From positions 3,980,419 through 4,044,418 of the forward strand of contig MU058198.1 of assembly GCA_013265495.1 (NCBI GenBank): a DNA stretch of 64,000 nucleotides, in the 5' to 3' direction. The notes below the pieces were generated by a model. That model ran no database searches, was not told where the DNA came from, and saw only the letters and a list, made by a program, of their open reading frames with translations. The translations under genes and the position numbers were made by a program. The stretch is from Vicugna vicugna. Taxonomy: Eukaryota. This document shows positions 1 through 14,539 of this stretch, piece after piece; the stretch's first letter is position 1; each line of letters opens with the position of its first letter.

Positions 1-418
1 AATAGGATTTAATGGAAATGATGATGTATGACTTCTGAGGCTAAGCCATAAAAGACACTGTAGTTTCTGCCTTGCTTTATCTTAGATCACTCCTCTGGAG
101 GAAGCCAATGCCATGTTGTAAGGACACTCAAGTAGCCCTGTGGAGAGGTCCATGTGATAAGGAACTGAGGCTTCTTACCAATAACCAGCATCAACTTGCC
201 AGGCCCATGAGTCACATCTTGGAAGCAGATCTTACAGTCCCAGTCAAGTTTTCAGATGACTACAGTCCCAGCCAATATCTTGAATACAATCTCATGAGAG
301 ACTCTAGCCATGATCACTCATCTAAGGCAGTCCCAAATTCCTGACCCTTGGAAACTATGTGAGTTAACAAATATTTACATTGGGTAATTTTGTTACACAG
401 CAATAGATAACTAATACA
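1..418 (+). mobile_element. MaLR LTR (MLT1-like), cut by the window start
   Basis: Typical MLT1 3' end 'ttgttacacagcaatagataactaataca' and internal 'cagtcaagttttcagatgactacag'. Confidence 0.8.
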
Positions 419-2733
419 ACTGGGTCCCAGTATGACTACAAGAAGAATTACCACTGACTAGAAATGAGTGAGTGATACATAAGTGTCTATAGTGTTAAGC
501 TATTAAACATTTGGGGTTTATACTACATTGGATAGCAACTACTCTAACTATTACAGCATTATTAATTTAAATTTGACTCTCATCTCTCACTTTGTATGAG
601 AGACCCACATGGCATTAAAGGTCAGGGCATAGTAATACTTGAATTGTATGCATTTCTTTGTTCTTATATAGCACTGTTGTTTTCAAATTTTATTTTATAA
701 TGGAAATTTTTTTCCCAATAACACCTTTTGAAAGCCCCTAGTATAAACAAATAATATCTGAGATGGTTCAAATTGGAACAGGGTTGAACTCGTGACAAGT
801 TTGCATTGTCTGTCTATCCCAGCCCCCAACTCACCCTTTGAAGTTACTTTAGAACTTACAGGAAGCGTTTCCAAAAGGAAAGATGTGTTTTGAGATTGCA
901 GGCCCACTGAATATGAAATTCTGGGGCATTTTGCAGTGGAAACAGTCCTTGAAAGGATTAATTCCTCCCCCTAACTTCTCTCTCTTTCTCTCCCCCTTCT
1001 TCTCTCTATCTTTCCTTCCATCCTTCCTGCCCTCCCTCTTTCTCCCCAGCTACTAAATTATCCTGAAATAATTTGCACAAAGTAAGTAGGCATGTGTGAT
1101 GATGAATTCCAAGAAATGTCATTTGATTAGGGGAAAAAAATAAGCTCAACCAAAGTAGATACAATTTTGGAGAGTCAGAGAGAACTCTGAATGTTAAAAA
1201 GAGAGCCAAATTATACAGCTCCAGTTGGTGTGAGCCTTCTATCTCTGGTCAGCTCAGCAGTTAAAATCCTGTTCTCCTTGAAATACTTCTATGTTCTAAG
1301 ACTTCCTTTCTTCCATGGGAAAAGGCAAAGGTGATTCCAGTTAAAGCCAAAAATTGGCAGTGAGTTTGATGTTTAACTGCTCCCAGTTCACTTTCCAGAC
1401 AACTCTAGAAGAACATATTTCTTTTCTTTTTTTTTTTCACATTTTAATATTACATTTTAAAAGGGTGAAAAAAAATCCCTTTGTTCATGCTCAAGAAGAA
1501 TTAACAAGTATGGCTTCATCTCTTCCCTTAGGAAAGGTTTTGAAGGCAAGTAAAAAGTGTTATCATGTTAAATAGATGCTGCTGTCAAACCCAGAGGGTT
1601 CAACAGTCTGGGAATAAAGCTTGCCTGTAGGAAGAAACCCTAGTGGTTTTCAATGTTAATGAATTAACACCATCTTCCTTTTTACAATCATATGGATACA
1701 TTTATGAAACAAGAGTTGTAAGGTTGAAAATTTACCCACATTTAGCCTCATTTAGGATGCTTTTGGCTGCAAGGAAGAGATATTCATCTCAAATAGCTGT
1801 AACTTAGGGAATTTGTTCTCTCACATACCAGGCAAGATGGAGCTAAGGTGGTCATTTCAAGAGTCCAAAGCATCACCAAGGACACAGTTTCCTTCGAGCT
1901 TCTTACCGTACCCTCACAGTGTGTCGGCTGGTCCTCAACTAACCGTGCCCCTGGGCCCGAGTTGTCTACCACAGTTCTAGTCATTGCCTGCATTAAAACA
2001 GAGACTTTCTCCCCTGTATGTCTCTCATTTTCAATGAGGGAAGTCTTCCCAGATGCCGCCAGTAGCTGTCCCAATATTTCATGGACAGAAATGTTGCAGA
2101 AGCCCATGCATGCCTAAACTAATCTCTAGCAAGGGACTGGGACACAGTGACCAGTTTGGACTAATCACTATTTGCTTTTGAGTTGTGGGGGAAAGGGCTA
2201 CTTTCCCTGAATAAATGGCTGTCCAGAAAGGACACTTAAAACCAGGGTGACCAACAGTATGTGCTAAGCACCACAGCTCAGTGTGAGAAACATAAGTTTT
2301 CTCATTTGTCTGTAAATATCTTGCTCTTAAGATCCAATCCCACTGATGGCAGAGGTGGAAAAATCTTAACTTCCTATTAAAGTAATTTGGTCACTTCCAG
2401 CTCAGAACAGGCTCTCTCAAGTTGACTCAGTTTCTTTTGAATAAACATTTAATCCCATTAAAGGTTCAAATTCACTACCAGGGCTATCTCTCTCCACCCA
2501 AAGGTTGGGTCCCCATTCTCCTTCTGAAGATGGCATCTAGGTACATGGAAAATCCTACACTTCCTCCTGGTGATGGGGGTGTGGAGGCAGGAGGTCCCCA
2601 TGCTCCTCATCATGCTGTCTTCTGGATCTCCACTGCCTTCCACCAAGATGACCATTGTCTGCATCATCACTGAGGCTCCTTCTGACCTCTGCTGCTGATC
2701 ACCACAACTGGTAGAGTTCCTGGTCAATGCTCC

Positions 2734-3485
2734 TGTTACCCAAAAAACTGTCCTCTTGGTGAGCATTGAGCCAAAAGACACAACTGAGCCAAAGAGTGGG
2801 AGAAAGAAGGATTCATTACTTGCAGCAAGTATGGAGAACACTGGGGATCTTTCCTGAAGCAGCATCTCCCTGAATAGCAAAATTGGGGAAGTTTTAAGTT
2901 AAGGATACTTGCATATTCACAAAGGAGCTTGGACTGTTGACAGAGTCCAAGATTTAGTTCATTAAAGTCTCAAGGGCCAGAAAGTTGTTGGGGGGGGAGG
3001 TATAGGTCAAGTGGTAAAGCGCATGCTTAGCATGTACAAGGTCCTGGGTTCAATCCCCAGTACCTCCTCCAAAAATAAATAAATAAACCTAATTACCTCT
3101 CCCTCCAAAAAAAGTTAAAAAAAAAAAAAAGAAAGAAATTACAAGGATCAGAAAAGGTCAACATCATCATCCCTCAGGTTCCAGTTGCTGGAGGGTGGGG
3201 GTGAGTCCCTGCGGGGGTTAAATTCTGCAAAACAACTCAGGAAAGTGCTTCAAGTTAGTCCTTGCCACTGAAACAGAGTCTTGACAACTGATTTGTTATT
3301 TGCTATTGTTACTTCTCTTGCCTGATATCAGTCATTTGTTTCTGCATTATTTTGTTCCGTTAAGATCATTAATTACTGAAACCTATTCAAGTTACAAAAT
3401 GGGTGGGGCCAAAAATGGCTTCTCTTATGTCTAGAAAGCCACGCCTGGTTCTCTTTCTCCGGGGCCCTCCTTACTGTATCTTACA
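2734..3485 (-). mobile_element. Solo ERV LTR interrupted by a SINE
   Basis: Termini TGTTA...TTACA; flanks CTCC/CTTC fit a diverged 4-bp TSD; degenerate polyA signal on the minus strand at 2812-2817. Confidence 0.7.
2990..3135 (+). mobile_element. tRNA-derived SINE (camelid vic-1-like)
   Basis: A-box-like TAGGTCAAGTGG, B box GGTTCAATCCC, then aataaataaacctaattacc and an A tail. Confidence 0.9.
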
Positions 3486-3517
3486 CTTCTACTCTGCTTG
3501 GGTTATATATATATATA

Positions 3518-3596
3518 TTTTTTTTTTTTAATGGAGATACTGGGATAGAACCAGTACTAATCATGCGCTCTACCACTGAGCTATCACCTGCCTCCC
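3518..3596 (-). mobile_element. Internally deleted tRNA-derived SINE
   Basis: Reverse-complement head 'ctctaccactgagctat' preceded by a T-run. Confidence 0.75.
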
Positions 3597-6489
3597 AGGT
3601 TGTACCCTTGTGTGGCTGGGCCAGCACCCTGTGCTGCGTGTGCCCCACCTTAGCTTTCACTGGTTCTCTGCATCCCTCTGAGTCTTGGTTGGGACCCCAA
3701 CTCAATCTCCCTGGCCCAGGTAATCCATCCTACAGCTCTTGGCTACAGGGTCATTTTGACCTTATAATAAACAGGCAGCCAGGACATTCGATTGCCTTCT
3801 TTGTCCTTATTGGTGATGGTGGAGGGGGAGGTGCTGAGTGCTCCCAGGCTCTAGAGAACTGACAGTCTCAAGACCCCAGCACAGGCCCTCTCACATAAGC
3901 ACACTGAGCCCCCAGGGGTATAAATGCAACCTCCCAAGAGCGCTGTAGGGCTCCCTAGGACTAACTTGCAACCCAGAGTCCCAGATGGGGAGTGTGGCCC
4001 AGGCCCCACTGCTCTAGCATCGCCTCCAAATGCCTCTAGCTGCTTCTCATCCACCCTCCAGCCGCTCAGCAGCCCACTGCCTCGCCGCCTCCTTCTCCCC
4101 TTCCTATGCCAGCTGGGGTTTGCATCCCTCCTCTTTCCTGGGAACACAAATCTCATGAGTGAGCCTTAATAGAGAAAATGGTTCCCCTTAAGAGGGAAAG
4201 TGACTCAGATCGCTGAAAGAGGAAAAACACTTCTGTTTGCAAAACAGCACTCATTGGTATGGGTATTTTTAAAATGTTATCCCTGCTCCATCACTTGTCA
4301 ATTGTCTGTGTCAAGTGCATGTTTTTCAGTTTGAAACAGGCAAAGTTCTGTTAAAGACCATCCCTTGCACAAACATACTTAATTATGACAGGCATTCAGA
4401 GCAGTGACTCAGAAGCCAGGGATTCATTCACAGAGTTCTTGCGTCCCTGGGAGCAATGCGGTTCTATTAATTAGCTTAGTTTACTGGGTCATTATGATAG
4501 ATGTCCCTTGTTTAGAACCTACTACGCACCAAAAATTTTACATCCATTAAATCAATTATCTTAACTTTAATGCCTGACTCATAAGGTAGTAATTATCATT
4601 TCTGTCTGACATCTTACTAAAGCTCAGAGAAGCTAAGTAACTTTCCCAAAGTCATACAGTAACGAATCCAGAATTTAAGTCCAAGTCTTCTGACTCCCAA
4701 ATCTGAGTCTTTTCCTCCCCAGGGGAAGCTGCCGGGACAGAATAGCACAGTTAAGAGCACAGACTCTGGACTCTGACCAACCTGGATTCCAGTGCCAAGT
4801 GGCCAGTGTGACCTTGAACAAGTCATGTGACCTCCTTAACCCCCAGTTTTCTCATCTTTCAAAGAAGGTAATAATAGTTCATACTTCCTATGGATGTTGT
4901 GAAGACTGAATGAGATAAAATACCATACCCACTAGAGTTTAGGGCTGCATGCAGTGAGAACCTACTGATTAATTTTGGCCATTATTATTATTTTTATACT
5001 ATAATGCCACCTCTCCCAAGGGTCTTCCTGCTGAAAAGAACTTGGAGAGCCTCTGTTTCTACTGCAAAATTTTACAAATGAGAAAGTGAGACCCCGAAAG
5101 TTTACTTATCTATATTAACATATATAGATACATAATTTTATATATATATGTAAAAATATAGTCACCAAAGCCTGTAATAAGTGTATCTATATATAAATCT
5201 ATGATATATATGTATCTATATCACAGGCTTTTGAAACAAAAAAATTCATTGTTCTTTCAAAGACCAATACTGCAAGTTCAAAAGTAAATGGGTTCCTACT
5301 GGGTTCTTCTCCAATCCATTGGTTTGGGGGTGTCTGATGAACCTGTGGGGTCAGAAAGATATCAAAGATGCCATGGCGGGGGGAAGAATTCAGGGGTGTG
5401 TGCAAAGCAATAAATGAAAATTCTGGAAGTCAACTAAGAGGATTATGAAGGAAAACTGCCAGAGACCATGAGCAGTTCGTCTATCAGCAGAAGAAATCAG
5501 CTCATAATTTCAAAAAACAAATAAAAATTGGGCCATAATTAGGCCCAATTAACTCATCCTTCAAACACATTCTCTGTAGTGGACATCTGTTGTTTTGGCT
5601 GCCTTTCTGGTAATTACAACCCAGTTTCCCTTCGGAGGAACAATACGATTGCCATAGAATTGTTTGGGGGTGACCCCATTGTTAGCTCCAGGAGTGGGTC
5701 CCCATTGACTTTAACCAATCAGCTAATCTTATCCCCCAAGCCACAGTTCAGACAGAGGCACCGAACCCATCAGAGCCAGTGAGACTTGAAGGTGTGTGTC
5801 TGGGGGAGAAGCAGCTTTCACTCTTTCTGAGTATGTCACAGCCGTCTCGCCACCACCTGAGGGTGAAGCTGACCTAATGAGGAAAGCAGTTGGGATGGTC
5901 ACACTGTTCGAGGCTGAATGTAGATTACTCCCTGAACTTCTCAGTACTGTGAGTCTGTCCTGACCTCCCCACACAGGATGGATATCATTTACACAGCCCA
6001 GTGAGAACTACAGTGCCACCTCTTTCTCCAGGAAATCCGGGACTCAGCTAAAGTAGAACTGCCTGGTGTCACAGAAGCCAGGATTTGCACCTGGTTCTCT
6101 CTGCCTGCTTCTATAATCCTCACAGTAAACTGAAACTCAGAGAGGTTAAGTAACATGTCCACAGTCACACAGGAGTAGGTAAGAGCTGGAGCTGGACTTT
6201 CCACTTAGAATTATTAGTCTCCAAAACTCGTGTCCTCTGCTCTGCTTTTACCCTATGAGCTGGTTTTTGAGTCAGAGCAGACAAGAAGATGAACACATGG
6301 TTTTAGGAGTAAGTTTCCAGATCCCATGAGGCTTGTGCACGCCAAATAAATTTCACATGCTTATATAACTTATTCTTAAATTCCGCTCTAATATGATACA
6401 GAAAGAGGGGCAGGAAAGAGAAATGTCATGATAACCTCACTATGCACAGACAGATACCCAGCTGGGTTTGTATCCTGCTTAGAGGATCC

Positions 6490-6925
6490 ATTGGATGCCA
6501 CCAGCTTGTCGGCAAATCTCGCCTCTCCCTCTTTTTGTGTATGTCACCGAACTGAATTTCCCAGCCTCCCTTGCAGTTAGATGTGACCAAGTGATGCAGT
6601 TCCTGCCAGTGGAATTCAAGTGGAAGTAATGTGTGCCTAGGCCCTAAGCAGTGGGCGTGGCTCCTCTGTATTCTTTCCATTTCCCACCGGCTGGAACCCT
6701 TGACCATGCAGATGAAGCTAATGCCTTAGCATATAAGGCAAAGCAACATGATGGAAGGAACCTTGGTCCCTGAAAGACCGAGCAGATTAGAACCACTCTA
6801 GCAATGGTGAGTGCTCACCTCAGAACAGTTACATGAGAGAGAATAAATTGCTTTGGTCTTTAAGCCGAGTGTTGTTGGGTATTTTTGTTATAGCAGCTTA
6901 GCATCTGTACCCTGACTAAGACAAG
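6490..6925 (+). mobile_element. MaLR LTR (MLT1-like)
   Basis: 'atttcccagcctcccttgcagttag...tttttgttatagcagcttagc...tgactaagaca' motifs. Confidence 0.7.
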
Positions 6926-7414
6926 GGTCTAGTCATCTGGCAGGTGAGCTCAGGGAGAGTAAGTAAACTCAGCTTTTTACCTCTGGTTGAAAACTACAGA
7001 GTTGCATGCATCTTTGTTAGACTTTCAGCATGAATGATTGCTGCGGTGTGGAAATAAAGCGAGCACTGGGTCAGGGACGAGGGCGGGCTGCAGGGTCCTT
7101 CAAGCATGGAACAGACAGCAGAGGAAGAGGACCACACGGCTTAGAAGTGTTTCTTAAAATCCTGATGCTGTGAGCAGAGCCTTGGGGAGAACAGGTGGAC
7201 CTCAGAAACATCTGTTACATGAAGGCCAAATATGAGACGCCTCTTCTGCCCGGGGGGAGCTTCTGAAAATATCACTTTGATGGGGTTTCTTAAAAAAGAA
7301 ATCAAACAGGCCAGCAATTCACTGATGGCCAAGGACTAGAACTTCTTTTCTCTCTCTCCTACTTCTCAGTTCAGAAATACCTTTGGATAAATTGATTTCC
7401 CAGTATAAACAGTA

Positions 7415-7605
7415 CACTCAACAGATAAACAACAAATTTATACTGCATATAGCACAGGGAACTATATTCAATATCTTATAGTAACCTATAATGAAAAAGA
7501 ATATGAAAACAAATATATGTATGTATATGTATGACTGAGCTATTATACTGTGCACCAGAAATAGACACAAAATTGTAAACTGACTATATTTCAATTAAAA
7601 AAAAA
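7415..7605 (+). mobile_element. 5'-truncated L1 3' end
   Basis: 'tatagcacagggaactatattcaatatc...ttgtaaactgactata' followed by an A tail. Confidence 0.8.
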
Positions 7606-9384
7606 TAGTATGTTCACAACCCCTTTGAGCAGATAGGTGTTACCCATTGTGGGTAAGTGTACAGGGAATTGACTACCTCGTACTTAACTGCTCAAAATGT
7701 TGGAGAAGCAGCGTGCAAGGCGCCGTGGCTGGGAGCTAGGACTCCAACACTAGCTGTAACACTTCCCAGCTCTGTGACCTGGGCAACCGCTGCTGACTCA
7801 GCTTCAACATCTGTAAAATGGGGATGATCATAATAGTACCCACCGTGTAGCATTATCACAAGGATGTTCTTATAAGAGTGCCCGGCACATAGTAAGCACT
7901 ACGTAAATATTTGTTGAATAAATGTTGATCCCACCTTTAAGGAAGGACTTTGATAATGTCCATCAGAAGCCTTGACTCAGCAATTCCACACCTACAAATT
8001 TTTCCTAAGGAGATCATCATGGGTGTGTGCAAAGCTTTTTTTATCTTCAAAAAAAGCTTGTTGCAATCATAAGTGACCATCAATAGGGTGCTGGCTAAAT
8101 AAACAGGAGTTCAGGACAGTCATATTTTATGCAAGGGATTGTATGGCTGAAGGTCTCGCAGAATGCAAAAACTCACATTGTGCAAGATTACATTTCCTAT
8201 CAAAAGTAAATGCAAGGCAGGATTCACATTTTTTCAAATTTTGCCCATAAAGCAAAATTTAATTAGTATTTTATATCCTACTATTTCAAACTGTGTAATT
8301 CCAATTTGCATTAACTGTAACCTACTGTATATTTATTATGAAGCCACACAAAAATTTATGTTATAGAAGAAGAAGCAGTGGCTGAGGAAGACAGCCATGA
8401 GACATCAAGTTTTAGAAGTGTGACCCCATTTTCATCAGTTAGACGTTTTTCAATGCTGGGGAAATATACGTCAAAATGCAAAGTGTGCTGGCAGGATTAC
8501 TGGTAATTTTGGGGCCCTTCTTCTTATTTACCTACATTTTCTAAGTGTTCTACAGGGAGCATGAATTATGTTTGTAATAAGAAAAAATAAATGGAAATTT
8601 TAAGGACTAAATGTATCATTGATACTAACCTAATTTTGAAAATTGTTATGGAAATATCTATGTGGACAAATAGCTTCATAAAAGAAGATAGTTTCAAGCT
8701 GTTAAGTGATGTCTACAGCTTTGGGGAACTGGAGATTTATTTTCCCCTAATATATATTTGGTCCCAGAGACAGGTCTGGACAGGAAAGAGCAGAGTTGAC
8801 CAGAGCTCAAACTGAGGTTCCATTGGCCTAATCCAGAACCATTTAAATCAAATCGCGTTTCAGAATGCAGCAAAGAACACTTTAGAAGCCAGATTATGCT
8901 GGATCACTAGCTCCATAGGCCTGTGTGTGCTTCTTTTTAAGATTCGGCCGTATCTTTAAATGAAAAAAGTATGCTGTGTTGGTGGCTCAAAAAAGAACAA
9001 GGGAACACCAAAGAGCACCCTTCTCTGAGCTTTTTTCCTGACCAGAGTTGGCGTGTTCCATGCAAAGCTGAAAGGAGAAGAAAGTTGCAACTCTCCACTC
9101 ATTTCCTCCTTTCCAAGGAAAGGTAGTGGGGCCATGGGATGGTCTCCAAAGGACCCCAGGGAAGCAAAGCCCAGAGCAGGCTGTGGTCTCCTGAACTTTC
9201 TGCCCTGTGGTCAGTAACCAGTGGATGTTAATCTCATTAGAGACCTTACAGGTGTTACCGCTCCCTACACCAGCCATTCTGAACCCTCTCGAAGTTGTCA
9301 ATCATTTTTCGTTTTGAACAAACACTCTGTGCTAAGTGAACACATTCACACGGACTGTCTGGTTTACCCATAACAGAAAGCCTA

Positions 9385-9705
9385 CGGACTTCCAGCTGTA
9401 AGACGAATGAGGTCTGAGGAGCGAATGTGAATCCTGGTGACCGTAGTTGATAACGCTGTGTTGTATAATTTGAAATTTGCAAAGAGAGTAGAACTTAGAA
9501 AACTTAGAACTTAAATGTTCTCACCAAAAAAAAAAAGAAAGATTAATACATTAAGTGATGGAGGAATTAATTAGCTAGATAAAGGAATCCTTGCCCAATG
9601 TGTGTGTGTGTGTGTATGTCAAGTCACAATGATGTATACTTCAATATGTTACCATTTTATTTGTCATTAAAGTTCAATAAAGATGAAATAAAAGTAATTT
9701 TTAAG
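9385..9705 (+). mobile_element. L1MA-like 3' end containing a (TG)n tract
   Basis: 'tgaaatttgcaaagagagtaga...aaatgttctcacc...ttttatttgtca...caataaag'. Confidence 0.75.
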
Positions 9706-9761
9706 AAATGTAAGCCTACCAGGCAAACATGATTATTTTTCTAACCTTACAGAGTTGAGAG

Positions 9762-10357
9762 AGTTGCTGAAGATCGGCCACTGTCCCTGATGAGCCAAAT
9801 TGAGAGTCAGAGACCGGGTCTTAGAGCATAGGAGAAAAGAGACAGCTTTATTACTTTGTCAGGCAAAGGGGACTCAGAGCAGGCTGGCGCCTTCAGTACT
9901 GTGAACCCACCTTGGAAGTGGAGCAGGGTGATTACAGAGCCAGAGCTCAAACAACACAACATCGATAACCATCAACAGTTATTTTCTCATCGTAAAACTT
10001 AGAGTGGCGTCATGGTGCCTCCAGGAGACCAATTCTATAGAGGCTAGCGGTTGTCGCTTTTTCAATCTTTTTATCTCATAAAAGCGCATGACGTGGTCTT
10101 CTTGGTAATTCAAGCTATTTTGTAAGGTTACAATTCTATGACTTTCTCCCTGGAGAACAACTCAGGAAGCAAGTGTGATTATTGCTTTTGATTACTGGAA
10201 TAAAGCAGAAACGGTGAAATGAATAGCTTTATTTTAACAATGGGCCTGGAGCTGTGAGTAGCAACTGGTCAGTCAGGTTAGTTGGCCGTTTTAAGGGCAA
10301 GCATAAGAATAAGCAATCTGTTCACCTAAATGTGGCCATCTTATTAATTCTCCTTCA
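9762..10357 (-). mobile_element. Probable solo ERV LTR
   Basis: Minus-strand AATAAA (TTTATT near 9847) close to the left end; ends in CA; LTR-sized. Confidence 0.6.
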
Positions 10358-10359
10358 CG

Positions 10360-11128
10360 GGAGCCAGTGGGTATGTGTGGCTACTGAGTACCGGAAGTGC
10401 TAGTCTGAACTGAGATGTGATTTTAAGCATAAAATACACCCTGATTTTTGCAAAGATTTAGCATGATAAAAGAATGCAGTGACTTTTTACACTGATAACA
10501 CACTGAAGCAATCATAACTTGGTTTAAATAAAGCAAAATTAAAGTTAATTTCATTCGTGTCCTTTTTAAGGTGGCTGCTGTGACCAAGAGTCCTAGCTGG
10601 TACTGCTCACTGCACAACAGGCCAATAAATCAAGGGACGAGTTGCTGGGGCAAGGACTAGTGACTTTATTCAGAAAGCCAGCGGACCAAGAAGATGAGGG
10701 AACTAGTGTTCCAAAGAACCATCTTGCCTGAGTTAGAACTCAGGCTTCTTCTATGCTAAAGGGGGGGGGAGTTAAGCCAAACATTTCCTGGTTCCGGTCA
10801 GCCTCCGGAAGGGATGTGTTAATTTCTTCCTTCCTGCTGTCATTCACAGGTGGGCCTGGTCAGGATGTTTCCGCAGAGCTGAAGAAAGGCGTTTAGCTTA
10901 ACACTCATTACCCGGGAGGCAGGGTGCCCAGAGATGGGCCATCATGTATCATTGAAGCTTACAGGCAACATGTAGTTAACTTGTAGCAAAAGCAATAGAA
11001 TATGAAAGTTAAAGTAAAAGAACCAGATCCAGTATGGAGCCAGGTTTGCTCTACCCTATTACACGACCAGAACGTGTAAAATCGTGTGTGGTGGCTCACA
11101 TTATATTTCTATCAGCTAGCACTGCTCT
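10360..11128. mobile_element. MER3-like hAT-Charlie element split by a solo ERV LTR (LTR at 10579-11063)
   Basis: MER3 motifs 'atgtgtggctactgag', 'gaactgagatgtg', 'tggctcacattatatttcta...agcactg' flank a TG...CA LTR; diverged 4-bp flanks CTGC/CGAC. Confidence 0.7.
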
Positions 11129-14100
11129 GGAGGGAGAGGGCATCCCGGAAGGGCAGGCCTGGGCTGGCCACAGAATCTTAAAACCCATCCCAAGACAGGA
11201 AGCAGAATAAAGTGAAAGCAGACGAGATGGGGATGTGCAGAGGCAGATGTGATATATTCCATCTCTTGTTCTTCTGACTTCCTTCCGCACCCCAAACCCC
11301 CAGGCAACGTAACATGACTCACTCACCCATTGCCTTAGGGAGAAAGTTGTCATTGTAACATCAGAGAACAACGGAAGCAAATTCTCAGTGTTTAAGATCC
11401 AAAGCCGAAGAAAAAGCCACGCTCCAGACTAGATAAAGCCACCACCGGCTTTTGTCTACTTACAGCATCTGGGAGGGAGTGTTGGACCACCTGCATCCAA
11501 ATCCCAGCTCTGCCACTTCCCAGCTCTGTGACCTCCAACCGATGACTCCCATCTGTGTCAGCTCCTTCTTCTGCAAAAGGGGGCCCATAAGAGTACCCAG
11601 CTCACAAGGCTGCTGTGGGGGTTAATGTATACCAGAAGTTGGGATAAGGACGGATGCCTAGAAAATACAGCTGAAATGCTTGCTGTTACCTGTGAGTGAG
11701 TCCTGCACAGCATCAGGGCTGAAAGGCCATGGAACAGGTCCAGTAAGGATAGCAGAAGCTGCCACGCTGCCGAAACGATGTCCGTGTGAGCCCCGGTCAT
11801 CGCTGCAGGTCCATCTGATCAACCCCATGATGTCAACCTGCCCCGCTTGTCAATACTCCGGACTCCCTCAAATTAGCAGAAGCCCTCAGGCCTTAAAACA
11901 AGCAAGTGTGGCTGGGTTACTATGACTGCATTCGCATTCAGGATCCAAGGCTGTGCATGACTCGTCTGAGGGTGGTTGGCTGCGCAGCCTTCGATTTTAG
12001 GAGGCTTAGCAGGCGGCTTAGACCGGGAAGCCTGTCTATTCAGAGAAGAGCCGAGACTGGACCCAGGCTGCCCACTGCCCTCTCTCAGGGCAGCTTCTGA
12101 GATGCTCCCGGATCTTGGCACCTGATGAGACCGTCCAGTCCTGGTGCTTCTCTGCCCTTAACTGAAGAGGCCACAGTGAGTTCTGCTTCTAAGTGGGACA
12201 GGGTCAAGTACGCAGCAGACGTCCAGGGACGGTGGAGCCAGGAGGGGACGGGACCGAGGAGATCTGAACTCATAGCCCCCAGGTTGTCTCCTCCTGAACT
12301 TGAAGCTCTCAAAAGTCGGCACTGTACACCCCTTGTAACCCCAGAATTTATCAGGATACAAGCACAATGAGTGTTTGGGAATGAATGAGTGAATGAATGA
12401 ATGTGAATGAATTAGTGAGTGGCTTAGTCTTTAGGAGAGATTCCAACTCAAGTGCTCTCAGTGGGAAGGAAGAAAAGGGGGATATGTCTACTTTAAAGGA
12501 CGTTCGGTGGGAAGAGTCAAGCAAACAGCCACCAGCAAATACTTCTTTTCCTTTTTTTTTTTTTTAGTGCTTATAAGAGTTTATTATTCGTAGTACCATC
12601 ACCACTTTGTTGTTGCTTTTAATTTATTGAATGCCACTCTGTCACCAGATGCCAGCACACAAGGATAGACCCACCTCTGCCTTGAGGGAGCATTTATTTC
12701 TGCGAATCATTTGGAGAAAAATCTGAGTTTGCAGAGACGCCAGCAGCTCACCTGGAAGAAATGAGAATTGATTGGAAGTTTGTCCTATCTTAAAAGGTCT
12801 GTCCATATTCAGAACCTGTATGGGTATGACCCCCCAAAAAGCCACAGACAGAAAGAAGGAGGGCGAGATCAAGGGCGCTGTCTGGTCCAACACGCCTGAA
12901 AGATTTGGAAAGTGCTCAGAGCTTTTCATGGTTCATAGCTCCAGGCCTGAAATAAATCAGCTGGTTCTGAACGGCAGTCAGGCCTGGGCCCAAGCTAATC
13001 TCAGTCTTTCATGCCCCTATGCCATGTGTAAAATGAACCTAACAATACCCACCCAGTAGAGTAGGCATGAATGTAAAATTCTTTTAAAATTTCCCCACAC
13101 ATAGTTAACACAGAAATTATTACTTCCAGCTTTCTCTCTCGTCTCTTTTACACCCTAATGATTTCTCAAAAGTTACTCAACGTTATTTGCCCTCATTGGG
13201 AGTCTTCATCCTCTTGGCCTAGTGATAAAATCCGAGGACTGTTTGGGAGGGACAGAGGCACACCTTGGAAGGGAAGCGCCAAGTGTTCACTTTTTACGGG
13301 ACCAATTGCTTTTGGTCTCTGGATTAAGGAGCTTTGAATTTTGGGGTTAGCCTGACCTCTAGTGGTCAAACTGAGAACTGAGCGGAAAGCTGATAGGCGG
13401 GGCTCAAATGTCCAAATGTGGGCGGGGCCCCAGGAAAGGCTAGATTTCACTGAGAGTCTACTAAATGCTGAATTGTGTTGAATCCCCGGAGAAGTTACTC
13501 CCTGCGGTGACGTCCACACAGTTTATAAGTGGAAATGGAGGGGAGTTTAACCCAATCCCATCTGAGACCCTCTTGTTTATCCAGGAGGCACAGTGCGCGG
13601 CTGAAGAGAGCCATCGTCTTGCATTCAGAGACATAATCCCGCTTATAAACACCTTCTCTGACATCACTGGGACCACACGAACAACCAGTTTTTCACACCC
13701 AGAACCTGCAGTTCTAAAGGGTTTGCTCCAAAGTTATACGCACATGTACCCGTCCGTGCTGGGCACTACACTAGGCACTCACGGATACGTGGAAGGCAAA
13801 AGAAACAGGATGCCTGCCCTCGGAAACTGGAGGCTACTGCGTAGGTGCCACAGCGGAGGTCCCTCACTCTCCATTCAAATGCTGTTTTCCCTAGAACTTT
13901 AGAATCGCCGCCTCGGAAAGCCAGCTCATCTCAGGGCACCAGGCTTCCCACCTGGACTAGAAACTCAGCAAAAGGCAGATGCCACGGTTTTATTTCCTAT
14001 TACTCCATCCACGGAGCCTCGGGTGGGTTCTTGCCTGCAGTCAGCCCGGGGCTCAGGCTGCCCTCCAGTTACCTGGGTTGGAGGGACTTCGGTGTCATGA

Positions 14101-14539
14101 ACACCACCACTACTGGGATGAGCTACTGCTTGTTAAGTGTGGATCCCACCCCAGCCCCCCACCCCCAGCAGAGCGCTGAGCATTTTACTTGCCTCTCTGG
14201 GTTCGTTCGCCCAGCACCCCAGGGAGACAGGTTCTACAATATCATCATTTTACAGAAGAGGAAACTGAGGCTTAAAGAGGTTAAGTAACTCATCCAAGAG
14301 ACAGCAGAGCTGGGACGTAAGCCCAGTTCTGTCTGATTCCAAACACCACACTTTTCACCACACCCCTCTGTCGCCTCCTCCCTGACTTCTGAGCACTGCA
14401 GCTTGACCCATAAAGCTCGGGCACCCCAGGACCTTCTCCTCATTGGGCTCAGAATTGGGCTCCCAAGACAAGGATTTCAGTGCAAATTATTTGTTTGGGA
14501 AGCCATCCCAGGAGGCACTGAGAGAGGACTGGGGAAGGG

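Noticed and set aside
5101..5235. AT-rich nested inverted repeats (AAAGCCTGT/ACAGGCTTT; ATATAGATAC/GTATCTATAT)
   Set aside because: Mostly low-complexity TA sequence with short arms; consistent with slippage or chance.
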